Shown: piece after piece, positions 55,175 to 64,000 of the stretch
Layout of the letters: every line of letters begins with the position of its first letter
Numbering within the stretch: position 1 is the stretch's first letter
Source of the DNA: an uncultured Alphaproteobacteria bacterium
GTDB lineage: Bacteria > Pseudomonadota > Alphaproteobacteria > Methylaequorales > Methylaequoraceae
Direction: 5' to 3'
Length of the DNA: 64,000 nt
Assembly: GCA_902536485.1 (NCBI GenBank)
Contig: CACAXP010000002.1
Coordinates: 11,618-75,617 of the forward strand
Made by a program: the position numbers and the translations under genes
The notes under the pieces: model-generated
What the model was told of the DNA's origin: nothing
The model's input: the letters and a program-made list of their open reading frames with translations, nothing else
The model's database searches: none

Positions 55175-56461
55175 ATGAAAGATTATAAAGTTAGTGATAT
55201 TAAACTTGCCGAATGGGGACGCAAAGAAATTCAAATAGCAGAGACAGAAATGCCTGGGTTGATGAAGCTAAGAGAGGAATACAAGTCTGAAAAACCTCTC
55301 AAAGGTGCAAGAATTGCTGGATGTTTGCATATGACCATTCAAACTGCGGTTTTAATTGAAACTTTAATGGAATTAGGAGCTTCTGTTAGGTGGAGCTCAT
55401 GTAATATTTATTCTACACAAGATCAGGCTGCTGCGGCAGTTGCAGAAAAGAACATTCCTGTTTTTGCTTGGAAAGGTGAATCTGAGGAAGAGTTTTGGTG
55501 GTGTATTGAGCAGACTATAAAAGGTCCTGATGGATGGAAGCCTAATTTAATATTAGACGACGGGGGTGACCTTACTAAACTTCTTCATGATAAGTTTCCA
55601 GAACTTTTGGACGATGTCAAAGGCCTATCGGAAGAAACAACTACCGGAGTTCTTAGATTGGTTGAAATGGAAAAAAAAGGAACACTTAAAGTTCCAGCTA
55701 TCAATGTGAATGACTCAGTAACCAAATCCAAATTTGACAATAAATATGGATGCAGGGAGAGCTTGGTTGACGGTATAAGAAGAGCAACAGATGTTATGAT
55801 GGCAGGGAAAATTGCTGTTGTTGCAGGATATGGTGATGTAGGGAAAGGCTCAGCTGAAAGTTTGAGAAATGCTGGTTGCAGAGTTTTAATAACTGAGATT
55901 GATCCTATTTGTGCCTTACAGGCTGCTATGGATGGATATGAGGTTATCACGATGGATCAAGCTTCAAAAAAAGCGGATATTTTTGTTACTGCGACCGGAA
56001 ATGTTGATGTTATAACAGTTGACCATATGAGGGATATGAAAGACCGCAGTATTGTCTGTAATATCGGGCACTTTGACTCAGAGATACAAATTGAGTCATT
56101 AAAAAACTTTAAATGGAATAATATCAAGCCCCAAGTAGATGAAATTGAGTTTCCAGATGGAAAGAAAATTATAGTACTAGCAGAGGGCAGGCTTGTTAAT
56201 CTAGGATGCGCTACTGGTCACCCAAGCTTTGTTATGTCAGCATCTTTTTGTAACCAAGTTCTTGCGCAAATAGAACTTTGGAAAAACTTCTCTAAATATA
56301 AAAATAAGGTTTATGTTTTACCAAAGCATCTTGACGAAAAAGTGGCAATGATCCATTTAGATAAGGTTGGTGCAATGTTAACTAAACTTACAGAAAAACA
56401 AGGTAAATATATAAATGTTCCTGTCAATGGACCTTTTAAAGCGGACGAGTATAGGTACTAA
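55175..56461 (+). CDS. ahcY: Adenosylhomocysteinase
   Basis: 428 aa. [27 protein letters not shown] fold [18 protein letters not shown], and C-terminal [11 protein letters not shown]. Confidence 0.97.
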   Translation: MKDYKVSDIKLAEWGRKEIQIAETEMPGLMKLREEYKSEKPLKGARIAGCLHMTIQTAVLIETLMELGASVRWSSCNIYSTQDQAAAAVAEKNIPVFAWKGESEEEFWWCIEQTIKGPDGWKPNLILDDGGDLTKLLHDKFPELLDDVKGLSEETTTGVLRLVEMEKKGTLKVPAINVNDSVTKSKFDNKYGCRESLVDGIRRATDVMMAGKIAVVAGYGDVGKGSAESLRNAGCRVLITEIDPICALQAAMDGYEVITMDQASKKADIFVTATGNVDVITVDHMRDMKDRSIVCNIGHFDSEIQIESLKNFKWNNIKPQVDEIEFPDGKKIIVLAEGRLVNLGCATGHPSFVMSASFCNQVLAQIELWKNFSKYKNKVYVLPKHLDEKVAMIHLDKVGAMLTKLTEKQGKYINVPVNGPFKADEYRY

Positions 56462-56465
56462 TTTT

Positions 56466-57473
56466 CTAAGTTTTATTTATTCCTTTTGTTGTTGAATACT
56501 CAAAATGTAAAACTTTTTCGGGATGCACTGTATTATAACAAGCATGGGCTGCTATTGCAGCTTCAGAAAAACCAGTCAGAATAAGTTTAAGTTTTCCATT
56601 ATAAGTACAAACGTCACCAATTGCGTAAATTCTATCTTTAGAAGTTTTGCAAGTAGATTGATCTACTTTTAAAATATTTTTCTCTATCTCCAATTCCCAG
56701 TTTTTAATTGGACCTAAATCATTTGAGAGTCCGAAAAAAGGAAGAAAAAAATCAGTATTAATTTTTTTTTTATTATTGTCTAAATCCTTTACTATCAACT
56801 CATTAATTAAACCATCTTTTCCGTTTATTGAATCCAACTGAAAAGGGATTATAAATTCAACATTTTTTTTTTCTAAACTTTTGAGCATCTCGACATTTTT
56901 CGGCGCCGCCCTAAGTTTCTCTCTTCTATGAATGAAAAAAATTTTTCTCGCATTTTTTGATAATTCAATTGCCCAGTCAACTGCCGAATCACCCCCCCCA
57001 GCAATAGCTATTGTTTTGTCATCAAAAATTGACTTATTTTTAACACTATAAAAAACAGATTTATTTTCAAATTTCTCAATATTTTTTATTGGAGGTTTAT
57101 TTGGCCCAAATGCCCCATTCCCTGCAGCAATGAATATACATTTTGTAGATATTTCATTATTACTAGAAGTGAAAACTTTGAATGAGTTATCAAGGTCGAT
57201 AATTTTCTCAACCTGTTGATTAAGGAGAACCTTAGGGTTAAATGGTTTCATTTGTTTATTTAAATTTAAGATTAATTCTTGAGCATTGATAACTGGATAA
57301 GCGGGTATATCATAAATTGGTTTTTCAGGGTAAAGTGCTGAGCATTGTCCACCAATTTCATCAAGACAGTCTACTATACAGGATTTGATTCCAAGTTGTC
57401 CCAATTCAAAGACAGAAAATAATCCCACTGGACCAGCACCAACTATTAAAACATCAGTATTAATTTTTTTCAT
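56466..57473 (-). CDS. Ferredoxin-NADP+ reductase, thioredoxin-reductase-like type
   Basis: 335 aa with VGAGPVGLF, IGGQCSALYPEKPIYDIPAYP and GGGDSAVDWA. Lacks the TrxB CxxC redox pair. Confidence 0.85.
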   Translation of the reverse strand: MKKINTDVLIVGAGPVGLFSVFELGQLGIKSCIVDCLDEIGGQCSALYPEKPIYDIPAYPVINAQELILNLNKQMKPFNPKVLLNQQVEKIIDLDNSFKVFTSSNNEISTKCIFIAAGNGAFGPNKPPIKNIEKFENKSVFYSVKNKSIFDDKTIAIAGGGDSAVDWAIELSKNARKIFFIHRREKLRAAPKNVEMLKSLEKKNVEFIIPFQLDSINGKDGLINELIVKDLDNNKKKINTDFFLPFFGLSNDLGPIKNWELEIEKNILKVDQSTCKTSKDRIYAIGDVCTYNGKLKLILTGFSEAAIAAHACYNTVHPEKVLHFEYSTTKGINKT

Positions 57474-57534
57474 TTAATTCAATATATTTAATACAGTAGT
57501 ATAAGTTAAGATAATAATTTATTTCCAAAAAAAA

Positions 57535-58011
57535 ATGACATCTGAATTATATATTAGAATTAAAAATTTAAATGAAACAAAAATTTTAGCTCAAAAAGTC
57601 TCTGAATCTCTTTCAATTCCTTTCTTCATCTGTTTAAGTGGTGACATTGGTTCAGGCAAAACAACATTTGCTAGGTTTTTGATAAATCAATTTTCCAAAA
57701 AAAAAATTAAAGTATTAAGTCCAACATTTCCTATAGTTCAGATTTATGATCTTAAATCAGTTAACATATGGCACTATGATTTATATAGAATAGAAAAAAA
57801 AAAAGAATTTTTTAATTTAGATTTTGATACCGCTATTGGTGATTGTGTGATTGTTGAATGGCCGGATATTTTTTTAGACTATTTCCCAAAAGATAGAATA
57901 GAAATTATTTTTCAAGATGATGAAAATAATTCAAGAGATGTAATAATTAAATTATTTGGGACTTCACAAAAAATTAAAGAAAAGTTATGGAAGAAATTAG
58001 ATCAAAAATAA
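57535..58011 (+). CDS. tsaE: tRNA t6A37 biosynthesis ATPase TsaE
   Basis: 158 aa. LSGDIGSGKTTFAR and WHYDLYRI motifs. Confidence 0.85.
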   Translation: MTSELYIRIKNLNETKILAQKVSESLSIPFFICLSGDIGSGKTTFARFLINQFSKKKIKVLSPTFPIVQIYDLKSVNIWHYDLYRIEKKKEFFNLDFDTAIGDCVIVEWPDIFLDYFPKDRIEIIFQDDENNSRDVIIKLFGTSQKIKEKLWKKLDQK

Positions 58012-58940
58012 AAAAAATTTTGGAAAAGAAAAAAATAGAAGCTAAAAAATTATCTTTATTAGCTGGTGACGCTTCTAACAGAAAATATTTTCAGTATTTT
58101 TCATCAAAAAAAAATTATGTGATAATGTATGACAATGATGATAAAAACCTAAAAAATTTTATTAAGGTTACAAAGATACTTAAAAAATTTGTGGTTGTCC
58201 CATCAATAATTCATGATTTTAGCAAACAAAGTATTTTGGTTTTAGAAAATTTTGGACCTACCAAATATTCAGAAATAATAACAAAAAAAAATAGAAAAAA
58301 AATTTATATGTTAGCAGTTAATACAATCTTTGATATTCAGAAAATTAGGAATTCAGATTTATCAAAATATTCATTAAATATGTTTATTGCGGAGAGTAAT
58401 CTTTTCTTTGATTGGTACTTAAAAAATTTAAAAAGCACTAAGATACATTTATTCAAAAAAGAATTTAATTCATTATTTAAATCCTTTTTCTCCATTATAG
58501 ATATACCTCAGGTTCTAGTTCATAGAGACTTTCATATAGATAATTTGTTTTATATATCAAAATCTAAAAGTATTAAGTGTGGATTGATTGATTATCAAGA
58601 TGCAGTTGTTGGTCCTTGTACGTACGATTTAGTTTCTCTTACCCAAGATGCAAGAATAGATGTTCCAAAGCAGCTAGAATATGAATTAATTAATTATTTT
58701 TTGGAAGCAAACTTAAAAATTAAAAGAGAGGATTTTATGCTTTCTTATAATTTATTGGCAATCCAACGTCACATGAAAGTATTGGGAATATTTTGCAGAC
58801 TTTCTTTAAGGGATAATAAAGATCAATATTTAAAACATCTTCCAAGAGTAAAGAAAATGTTATGTGAAAACTTAAAAAAAGAAAATTTTGAAAAATTAAA
58901 TTCACTCTTATCGCCTTTGTTGAATCATGTCAGATATTAA
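57987..58940 (+). CDS. amgK: Aminoglycoside-phosphotransferase-fold kinase, AmgK-like (anomeric MurNAc/GlcNAc kinase)
   Basis: 317 aa. Kinase motifs VHRDFHIDNLF and LIDYQDA. Conserved alphaproteobacterial slot tsaE-amgK-murU (synteny from memory). Confidence 0.6.
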   Translation: MEEIRSKIKKILEKKKIEAKKLSLLAGDASNRKYFQYFSSKKNYVIMYDNDDKNLKNFIKVTKILKKFVVVPSIIHDFSKQSILVLENFGPTKYSEIITKKNRKKIYMLAVNTIFDIQKIRNSDLSKYSLNMFIAESNLFFDWYLKNLKSTKIHLFKKEFNSLFKSFFSIIDIPQVLVHRDFHIDNLFYISKSKSIKCGLIDYQDAVVGPCTYDLVSLTQDARIDVPKQLEYELINYFLEANLKIKREDFMLSYNLLAIQRHMKVLGIFCRLSLRDNKDQYLKHLPRVKKMLCENLKKENFEKLNSLLSPLLNHVRY

Positions 58941-59643
58941 TGAAGCAATGATTTTTGCTGCTGGATTCGGTAAAAGAATGTATCCACTTTCCACAAAAGT
59001 TCCAAAGCCTTTATTGAAAGTGAATGGTAAACCAATAATTTTTTATATTATTGAAAATTTAATTAATTTGAATTTTAAAAACATTGTAATTAACACTCAC
59101 CATTTGTCAGATAAGTTTCATGATGAATTAAAACCATACTCAAACACCATAAAAATTGTTTTTGAAGAAGAAATTTTAGATACAGGTGGTGGTTTTTTAA
59201 ATGCAATAAAAAGAAATTATTTTTATAATATTAAAAGCCCTAAAGTTTTAATTAATGGAGATGTTTTATGGAAAAAAACAGCAAACTCTCCTATAAAAAA
59301 TATTTTGAGAAGTTGGAATGAAGAAAAAATGGATTTATTGTTATGCTTGATTAAAAAAAGATATTTTTTTGGTTATAAGGGTAAAGGTGACTTTAACTTA
59401 GAAGATCCTCAAAAGGAAATTTCAAGATTAAAACTTGAGCGGCAAAAAGATTTTGTTTTTTCAGGACTTCAGATAGTCAAACCTAAATTACTTCAGGAAA
59501 AAAATGAAAAAAAATTTTCCATGAGGGAAATATTTTTTTCAAATATTGAAAAAAATATTTACGGAATTAGTGATAAAAATGAGTGGTATCATATTAGTGA
59601 ACCAGATGATTTAAAAAACGTAAATGATAAACTAAAAATATGA
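58927..59643 (+). CDS. murU: Sugar-1-phosphate nucleotidyltransferase, MurU-like
   Basis: 238 aa. AAGFGKRMYPLSTKVPKPLL N-terminal NTP-transferase motif. Overlaps amgK by 14 nt. Confidence 0.6.
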   Translation: MSDINEAMIFAAGFGKRMYPLSTKVPKPLLKVNGKPIIFYIIENLINLNFKNIVINTHHLSDKFHDELKPYSNTIKIVFEEEILDTGGGFLNAIKRNYFYNIKSPKVLINGDVLWKKTANSPIKNILRSWNEEKMDLLLCLIKKRYFFGYKGKGDFNLEDPQKEISRLKLERQKDFVFSGLQIVKPKLLQEKNEKKFSMREIFFSNIEKNIYGISDKNEWYHISEPDDLKNVNDKLKI

Positions 59644-61109
59644 ATTTTATAGTTTTTGATTTTGAAACTACTGGAAGGTCAGCACGATTTGATCAGATAT
59701 TACAGGCAGGATTTATTGTTTATAATAATAATTTTGAAGAAATCGACAGACTGAATATTAAATCAAGACTCAACCCTGATATAATCCCCTCCATTCATGC
59801 TTTGAGGGTTAACAGACTGACTATGTCTCAAGTTTTATCAGAAGATTTTACGACGTATGAGATGACCCTGACAATTGCGAAATTTTTATCAAAATATGAA
59901 AATTGTTTTTTTATTGGTTTCAATTCGATCAACTTTGACGAAGAATTTTTAAGACAATTGCTATGGGAACATTTTTTTTTCCCATACATATCGAACACGA
60001 AAGGAAATACAAGAGGAGATGTACTTAATTTTGTTACAATGGCTCATGCATTTGATAAAGATTGTTTAAATGTCCCAAGAAATGAAGAAGGAAAGCTTTC
60101 ATTCAAGCTAGAAAAATTAGCAAAGGCAAATAATTTTGACTCCTCAAATTCACATGAGGCAATTGCAGATGTTGAGGTAACTATGCAACTAATGTCTTTG
60201 CTCAAAAAAAAAAGAACTGATTTATTTAGAATATTTTTTAATAATTCATCTTCGAGAAATGTTGAAGAAAGTATAAATCAAAATGATTTATTTACATTAC
60301 ATAATTATTTATTCAACAACCACAAAATATACCTTGTCAAAAGATTAATTAAGCATCCGTCTTATAAGAATCAGTTTATCGGTTTTGATATGAAATACGA
60401 TGTTGAGGAAATAGTTAAATTATCTGAGTTAGAATTAAGAGAGGAATACAAAAAAAAGAGCTTCTTTAGAAAAATTAAATTAAATAAACAACCTAGTATT
60501 TTAGATAAATCATACGCACTAAAATTTAAACCTTACTCTAATTTATCTGATGATGAAATTGATTATAAATGTAGACTACTTGATGATAAAATGTTTTTGA
60601 GAAATTTAGAAAATATTCTTCATAAAGAATCTCTAGAGTATTTAGATAACCAAAGTCAAGAAGTTCAATTAGAAGAAAATACAATATACTCGCAAAATTT
60701 AAATTATAATGATTCATTAGTGATGAAAGAATTTCACGGTCAGCCCTGGGACACAAAGTGGAATTTTGCTGAAAAATTTAAAGACCCTAGACTTAGATTT
60801 TTTGCTGCCAAACATATCTTCAGAAATTTTCCTGAAACACTCCCAAATAAAGTTTTTTTACATTTTCATAGAAAAGTATCAGAGAGAATCTTCTCATTGG
60901 AAAAAAAAAGTTTTTTAACACTTCCTGGGGCAATGGAAGAAGCTGATACAATTAATTTGGAGATTGAGGAAAATAGTGATAATAAAGCCTTATCTATGCA
61001 ATTAAATCAATATAATATTTACATAGATTTTCTAAATGATTATTATAAACAACAAAGTCCAAAACCAATAAGATTTGATTCAAACCTATCAAAAAAACTA
61101 TTTGGATGA
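59640..61109 (+). CDS. sbcB: Exodeoxyribonuclease I
   Basis: 489 aa. DEDDh motifs (FDFETTG; FNSINFDEEFLR; SHEAIADV). Colinear blocks with remembered E. coli SbcB (SFKLEKLAKANNF...; RLRFFAAKHIFRNFPETL vs RIEKLLFNYRARNFPGTL). Confidence 0.85.
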   Translation: MNFIVFDFETTGRSARFDQILQAGFIVYNNNFEEIDRLNIKSRLNPDIIPSIHALRVNRLTMSQVLSEDFTTYEMTLTIAKFLSKYENCFFIGFNSINFDEEFLRQLLWEHFFFPYISNTKGNTRGDVLNFVTMAHAFDKDCLNVPRNEEGKLSFKLEKLAKANNFDSSNSHEAIADVEVTMQLMSLLKKKRTDLFRIFFNNSSSRNVEESINQNDLFTLHNYLFNNHKIYLVKRLIKHPSYKNQFIGFDMKYDVEEIVKLSELELREEYKKKSFFRKIKLNKQPSILDKSYALKFKPYSNLSDDEIDYKCRLLDDKMFLRNLENILHKESLEYLDNQSQEVQLEENTIYSQNLNYNDSLVMKEFHGQPWDTKWNFAEKFKDPRLRFFAAKHIFRNFPETLPNKVFLHFHRKVSERIFSLEKKSFLTLPGAMEEADTINLEIEENSDNKALSMQLNQYNIYIDFLNDYYKQQSPKPIRFDSNLSKKLFG

Positions 61110-61127
61110 ATTCTATGGAGTAAAATT

Positions 61128-61451
61128 ATGACAGATATAAAAAATTTAAGTCTTGATAACTTTGATAATGAAATTTCAGGTAGTAATATACCAGTGCTTG
61201 TTGATTTCTGGGCTGAATGGTGTGGTCCTTGTAAAATGCTAGGTCCTATTCTTGAGGAAATTTCAGTGGACCTTAAAGATAAGTTGCAAGTAGTAAAAGT
61301 AAATCTTGACGAAAATCAAGATTTAGCAATGAAATACTCAATAAGAAGTATTCCCACATTGTTGTTATTTAAAGGAGGAGAGTTAATTGACACAAAAGTC
61401 GGCCTTTTGCCAAAAAGTGATTTAGTAGAGTGGTTAAGTTCAAAGATTTAA
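61128..61451 (+). CDS. trxA: Thioredoxin
   Basis: 107 aa with WAEWCGPCK. Confidence 0.95.
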   Translation: MTDIKNLSLDNFDNEISGSNIPVLVDFWAEWCGPCKMLGPILEEISVDLKDKLQVVKVNLDENQDLAMKYSIRSIPTLLLFKGGELIDTKVGLLPKSDLVEWLSSKI

Positions 61452-61453
61452 TT

Positions 61454-62755
61454 TTAGTTTATTTTAAATCCATCATTTTTTAAAATTTGTCCAGCAAGGT
61501 ATAACGAACCACAGATTAAAACTTTCCCTTTTTCAAATCTAGTATAAATTAATTTTAGAGCTTCGTTTATATTTACACATGTTTCAATTTCTTTAAAGTT
61601 TTTGAGACTCTTATTTAGGCTTTCTTTAATTCTATAAGGATGTATATATTGATGATCATCAATAGGAAGTAAAATAAGGAGTGATATTTTATTAACAATT
61701 TTTTTTAAAAACTTTACTGGATCTTTTCCAGAAACCATTCCCAAAATTAATATTATTTTTGATTTTTTCCATTTGTCAATTTCTGTAAATAAAACTTCAC
61801 TTGCATGGATATTGTGTCCTCCGTCAAGCCAAAGATCAAAACTTTTTCCAATAATTTTTTTCAGCTTCCCGTTATTTAAGTTTTGCATTCTTCCTGGCCA
61901 TACGGTTTCCTTTATACCTAGATTAATATTTTTCATTTTTAGTTTAAATTTTTTTATAGCTAGAATACCTGCCAAGGCAGTGGATACATTTTCAATTTGA
62001 TGGTAACCATGAAGACTAGGTTTCTCAAATTCAAAATTATTGTCACAAAAATTCAATATAAAACTATTTTTAAGTACTTTAGTTATCTTCCAGTCAATTC
62101 CTTCTTCAAAAAGTATGGCTTGTTTTTTTTTAACCTCATTTCTAATTAATTGCCGAACAGAATTTTTTTGTTTTGATAATACAATGATAGATCTTTTCTT
62201 AAGAATACCAATTTTTTCACTGGCAATTTTTAGTAAGTTTGTCCCTAAAAAATTCATATGGTCCATTGAAATTGGAGTAATTATTGAACATAAAGAACTT
62301 TGTATTATGTTAGTAGCATCATACTTTCCTCCCAAACCAGTCTCCAATAATACAAGGTCAGAATCAATTCTTGAAAAAGCCAAAAATGCTGCTGCTGTAG
62401 TAATCTCAAAAAAAGTGATAGATTGCCCATTATTTTTATCTTCACACTCCTCAAGAAGTGAACTTAGGTATTTATTGTTTACTAAACTAGAGTTAATTCT
62501 TATTCTTTCATTAAATTTTATTAGATGGGGAGATGTATAAGTATGAACGTTTAGGCCATTTTTTTCATATATTGATCGTAAATATGAAACAACTGAGCCT
62601 TTGCCGTTTGTTCCCGCCACATGAATAACCGGGGGTAGTTTTAAATGAGGATTACCTAATTTTCTTAGAAGTTTTCTAAGTCTGTTTAAAGATAAATCAA
62701 TTTTTTTTGGATGAAGAAGTTCTAATCTTTTTAGTATGTCATTTGATTTATTCAC
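61454..62755 (-). CDS. folC: Dihydrofolate synthase / folylpolyglutamate synthase
   Basis: 433 aa. HVAGTNGKGS P-loop and Mur-ligase-type middle and C-terminal domains. Confidence 0.9.
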   Translation of the reverse strand: MNKSNDILKRLELLHPKKIDLSLNRLRKLLRKLGNPHLKLPPVIHVAGTNGKGSVVSYLRSIYEKNGLNVHTYTSPHLIKFNERIRINSSLVNNKYLSSLLEECEDKNNGQSITFFEITTAAAFLAFSRIDSDLVLLETGLGGKYDATNIIQSSLCSIITPISMDHMNFLGTNLLKIASEKIGILKKRSIIVLSKQKNSVRQLIRNEVKKKQAILFEEGIDWKITKVLKNSFILNFCDNNFEFEKPSLHGYHQIENVSTALAGILAIKKFKLKMKNINLGIKETVWPGRMQNLNNGKLKKIIGKSFDLWLDGGHNIHASEVLFTEIDKWKKSKIILILGMVSGKDPVKFLKKIVNKISLLILLPIDDHQYIHPYRIKESLNKSLKNFKEIETCVNINEALKLIYTRFEKGKVLICGSLYLAGQILKNDGFKIN

Positions 62756-62769
62756 TTTTAGAACTAAAA

Positions 62770-63609
62770 TTAAAGTATAAATTCTAAAATATTGAGAATT
62801 TTTTGATTAAGATCTCGTCTGTGAACTACGATATCGATCATTCCTTTTTCAATCAAGTACTCCGATTTTTGAAAATTTTGCGGAAGCTTTTCCTTAATTG
62901 TTTCCTCTATAACCCTACTTCCAGCAAACCCTATTGTTGCATTTTTTTCAGCGATTATAATATCACCTAGCATTGCAAATGATGCTGATACTCCTCCTGT
63001 TGTAGGATCTGTTAAAACTGATATGAAAGGCAAACTACTTTTAGCAAGTGAGTTTACAGCTATAACTGTTCTTGGCATTTGCATTAAAGATAGAATTCCT
63101 TCCTGCATTCTTGCGCCACCGGATGAACTAAAAATTACAAGAGGAATCTTATTCTTTAATGAATGTTCACAAGCAGCTATGATGGCTTCTCCTGCAGCCA
63201 TACCCATTGATCCTCCAAGAAAATTAAAATCAAATATAGCTGCTGTCAATTTAACTGTTCCTAGTGTTCCGGACGCTACCATTACAGAGTCATTGGTACT
63301 ATTTTTTTTTTGAGCATCTTTTAGCCTATCAGCATATTTTTTATTATCTTTAAATTTAAGAGGGTCCGGCTTTACTTTTGGTGTCTCCATAAGAATGTAA
63401 TTAGTACCAAACAAAAGCTCAAACCTTTTTTTTGCACTGATTCTAAAGTGGTGATCACAGTGTTTACATACAAAAAGATTACTTTCTAACTCTCTTTTAA
63501 GTAACATTTGAGAGCATTTTGGACAAGTTTCCCAAAGATTTTCCGGAACTTCTTTTTTTCCTACAAAGGCTTGAAGTTTAGGCCTTACAAAATTTGTTAT
63601 CCAATTCAT
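62770..63609 (-). CDS. accD: Acetyl-CoA carboxylase carboxyltransferase beta subunit
   Basis: 279 aa. N-terminal zinc ribbon CPKCSQ...CKHCDHHFR and GGSMGMAAGE. Confidence 0.95.
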   Translation of the reverse strand: MNWITNFVRPKLQAFVGKKEVPENLWETCPKCSQMLLKRELESNLFVCKHCDHHFRISAKKRFELLFGTNYILMETPKVKPDPLKFKDNKKYADRLKDAQKKNSTNDSVMVASGTLGTVKLTAAIFDFNFLGGSMGMAAGEAIIAACEHSLKNKIPLVIFSSSGGARMQEGILSLMQMPRTVIAVNSLAKSSLPFISVLTDPTTGGVSASFAMLGDIIIAEKNATIGFAGSRVIEETIKEKLPQNFQKSEYLIEKGMIDIVVHRRDLNQKILNILEFIL

Positions 63610-63611
63610 AA

Positions 63612-64000
63612 CTATAAATTATCATTTTTTTTTAATTTTTTTAAAAAATTTTTAATATTATCTAAAATTCTTTGATGATTTAATTTCTTTTGTACGGCAT
63701 TTTCTATTATTTTTATTATTGCCGATCCGACAACGCAACCATCAGAAAAATTGTTAAGTTTTTTTATTTGCTCATAACTATCAATTCCAAAACCAACCAA
63801 TACCGGAAGTGAAGATAGTTTCTTTATTGAAATAACTGATTTTTTAACAGAATTGATACTTGGTTTTTTAGTTCCAGTTATCCCCATAACTGATACATAA
63901 TAGAGAAAGCCTTTCGATGAGTCTGATATTCTTTTAATTCGTTCTTTACTAGTTGTAGGTGCTATTAATCTTATATTATAAATGTTGTTATCTTGTGTTT
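63612..64000 (-). CDS. trpA: Tryptophan synthase alpha chain, C-terminal part; 5' end lies beyond the window
   Basis: Frame is open to nt 64000 (hand translation ...LIAPTTSKERIKRISDSSKGFLYYVSVMGITGTKK...PVLVGFGI...). Conserved trpA-accD-folC order. Confidence 0.9.
   Translation of the reverse strand, partial: TQDNNIYNIRLIAPTTSKERIKRISDSSKGFLYYVSVMGITGTKKPSINSVKKSVISIKKLSSLPVLVGFGIDSYEQIKKLNNFSDGCVVGSAIIKIIENAVQKKLNHQRILDNIKNFLKKLKKNDNL

Noticed and set aside
61773-63313. Plus-strand ORFs antisense to folC and accD (61773-62000, 62040-62540 at 166 aa, 63023-63313).
   Set aside because: The length is due to rare stop codons in that frame. folC and accD on the minus strand have clear signatures, and these ORFs have none.

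Overview
This is about 64 kb of visibly AT-rich, very gene-dense bacterial chromosome. I call about 73 protein genes and one tRNA. I recognise no rRNA, CRISPR array, transposase, integrase or phage gene.

Gene content and order are alphaproteobacterial: corC-lnt-metK-trmB-nusA-infB-rbfA-truB-rpsO-pnp; an Irr-type Fur homologue; a short HprK; rpsT...dnaA-dnaN-recF-gyrB; tsaE-amgK-murU...trxA-folC-accD-trpA. Many neighbouring genes overlap by 1-35 nt, all nine convergent gene pairs leave 4 nt or less, and two divergent pairs overlap at their 5' ends. This compaction fits a streamlined SAR11/Pelagibacterales-type genome. That assignment is an inference from memory and was not checked by any search.

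All protein calls rest on motifs read from the supplied translations and on remembered family signatures and synteny.

I did not find a clear stand-alone novel system such as a defence island or mobile element. The best candidates for a second look are:
1. An irr gene followed by a perfect ICE-like palindrome and a rubredoxin-less rubrerythrin / HdrD-GlpC-like Fe-S protein / DUF3501-like operon.
2. A type II NADH dehydrogenase fused to a C-terminal cyclic-nucleotide-binding domain.
3. A permease-less PTS phosphorelay (hprK-rapZ-EIIA(Man)) ending in an in-frame HPr::Enzyme I fusion.
4. A cysteine-free Rrf2 regulator overlapping cysK, which is itself coupled to a ThiF/MoeB E1-like enzyme.
5. A degenerate tetrapyrrole-methylase-like gene and a CbiX/SirB-like chelatase flanking a secreted ankyrin-repeat protein.
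6. An alpha/beta hydrolase whose conserved N-terminus has no canonical start codon.
7. A 53-aa zf-CHCC ORF missing from the ORF track and coupled to polA.
8. A GC-rich compound hairpin in the only sizeable intergenic region.
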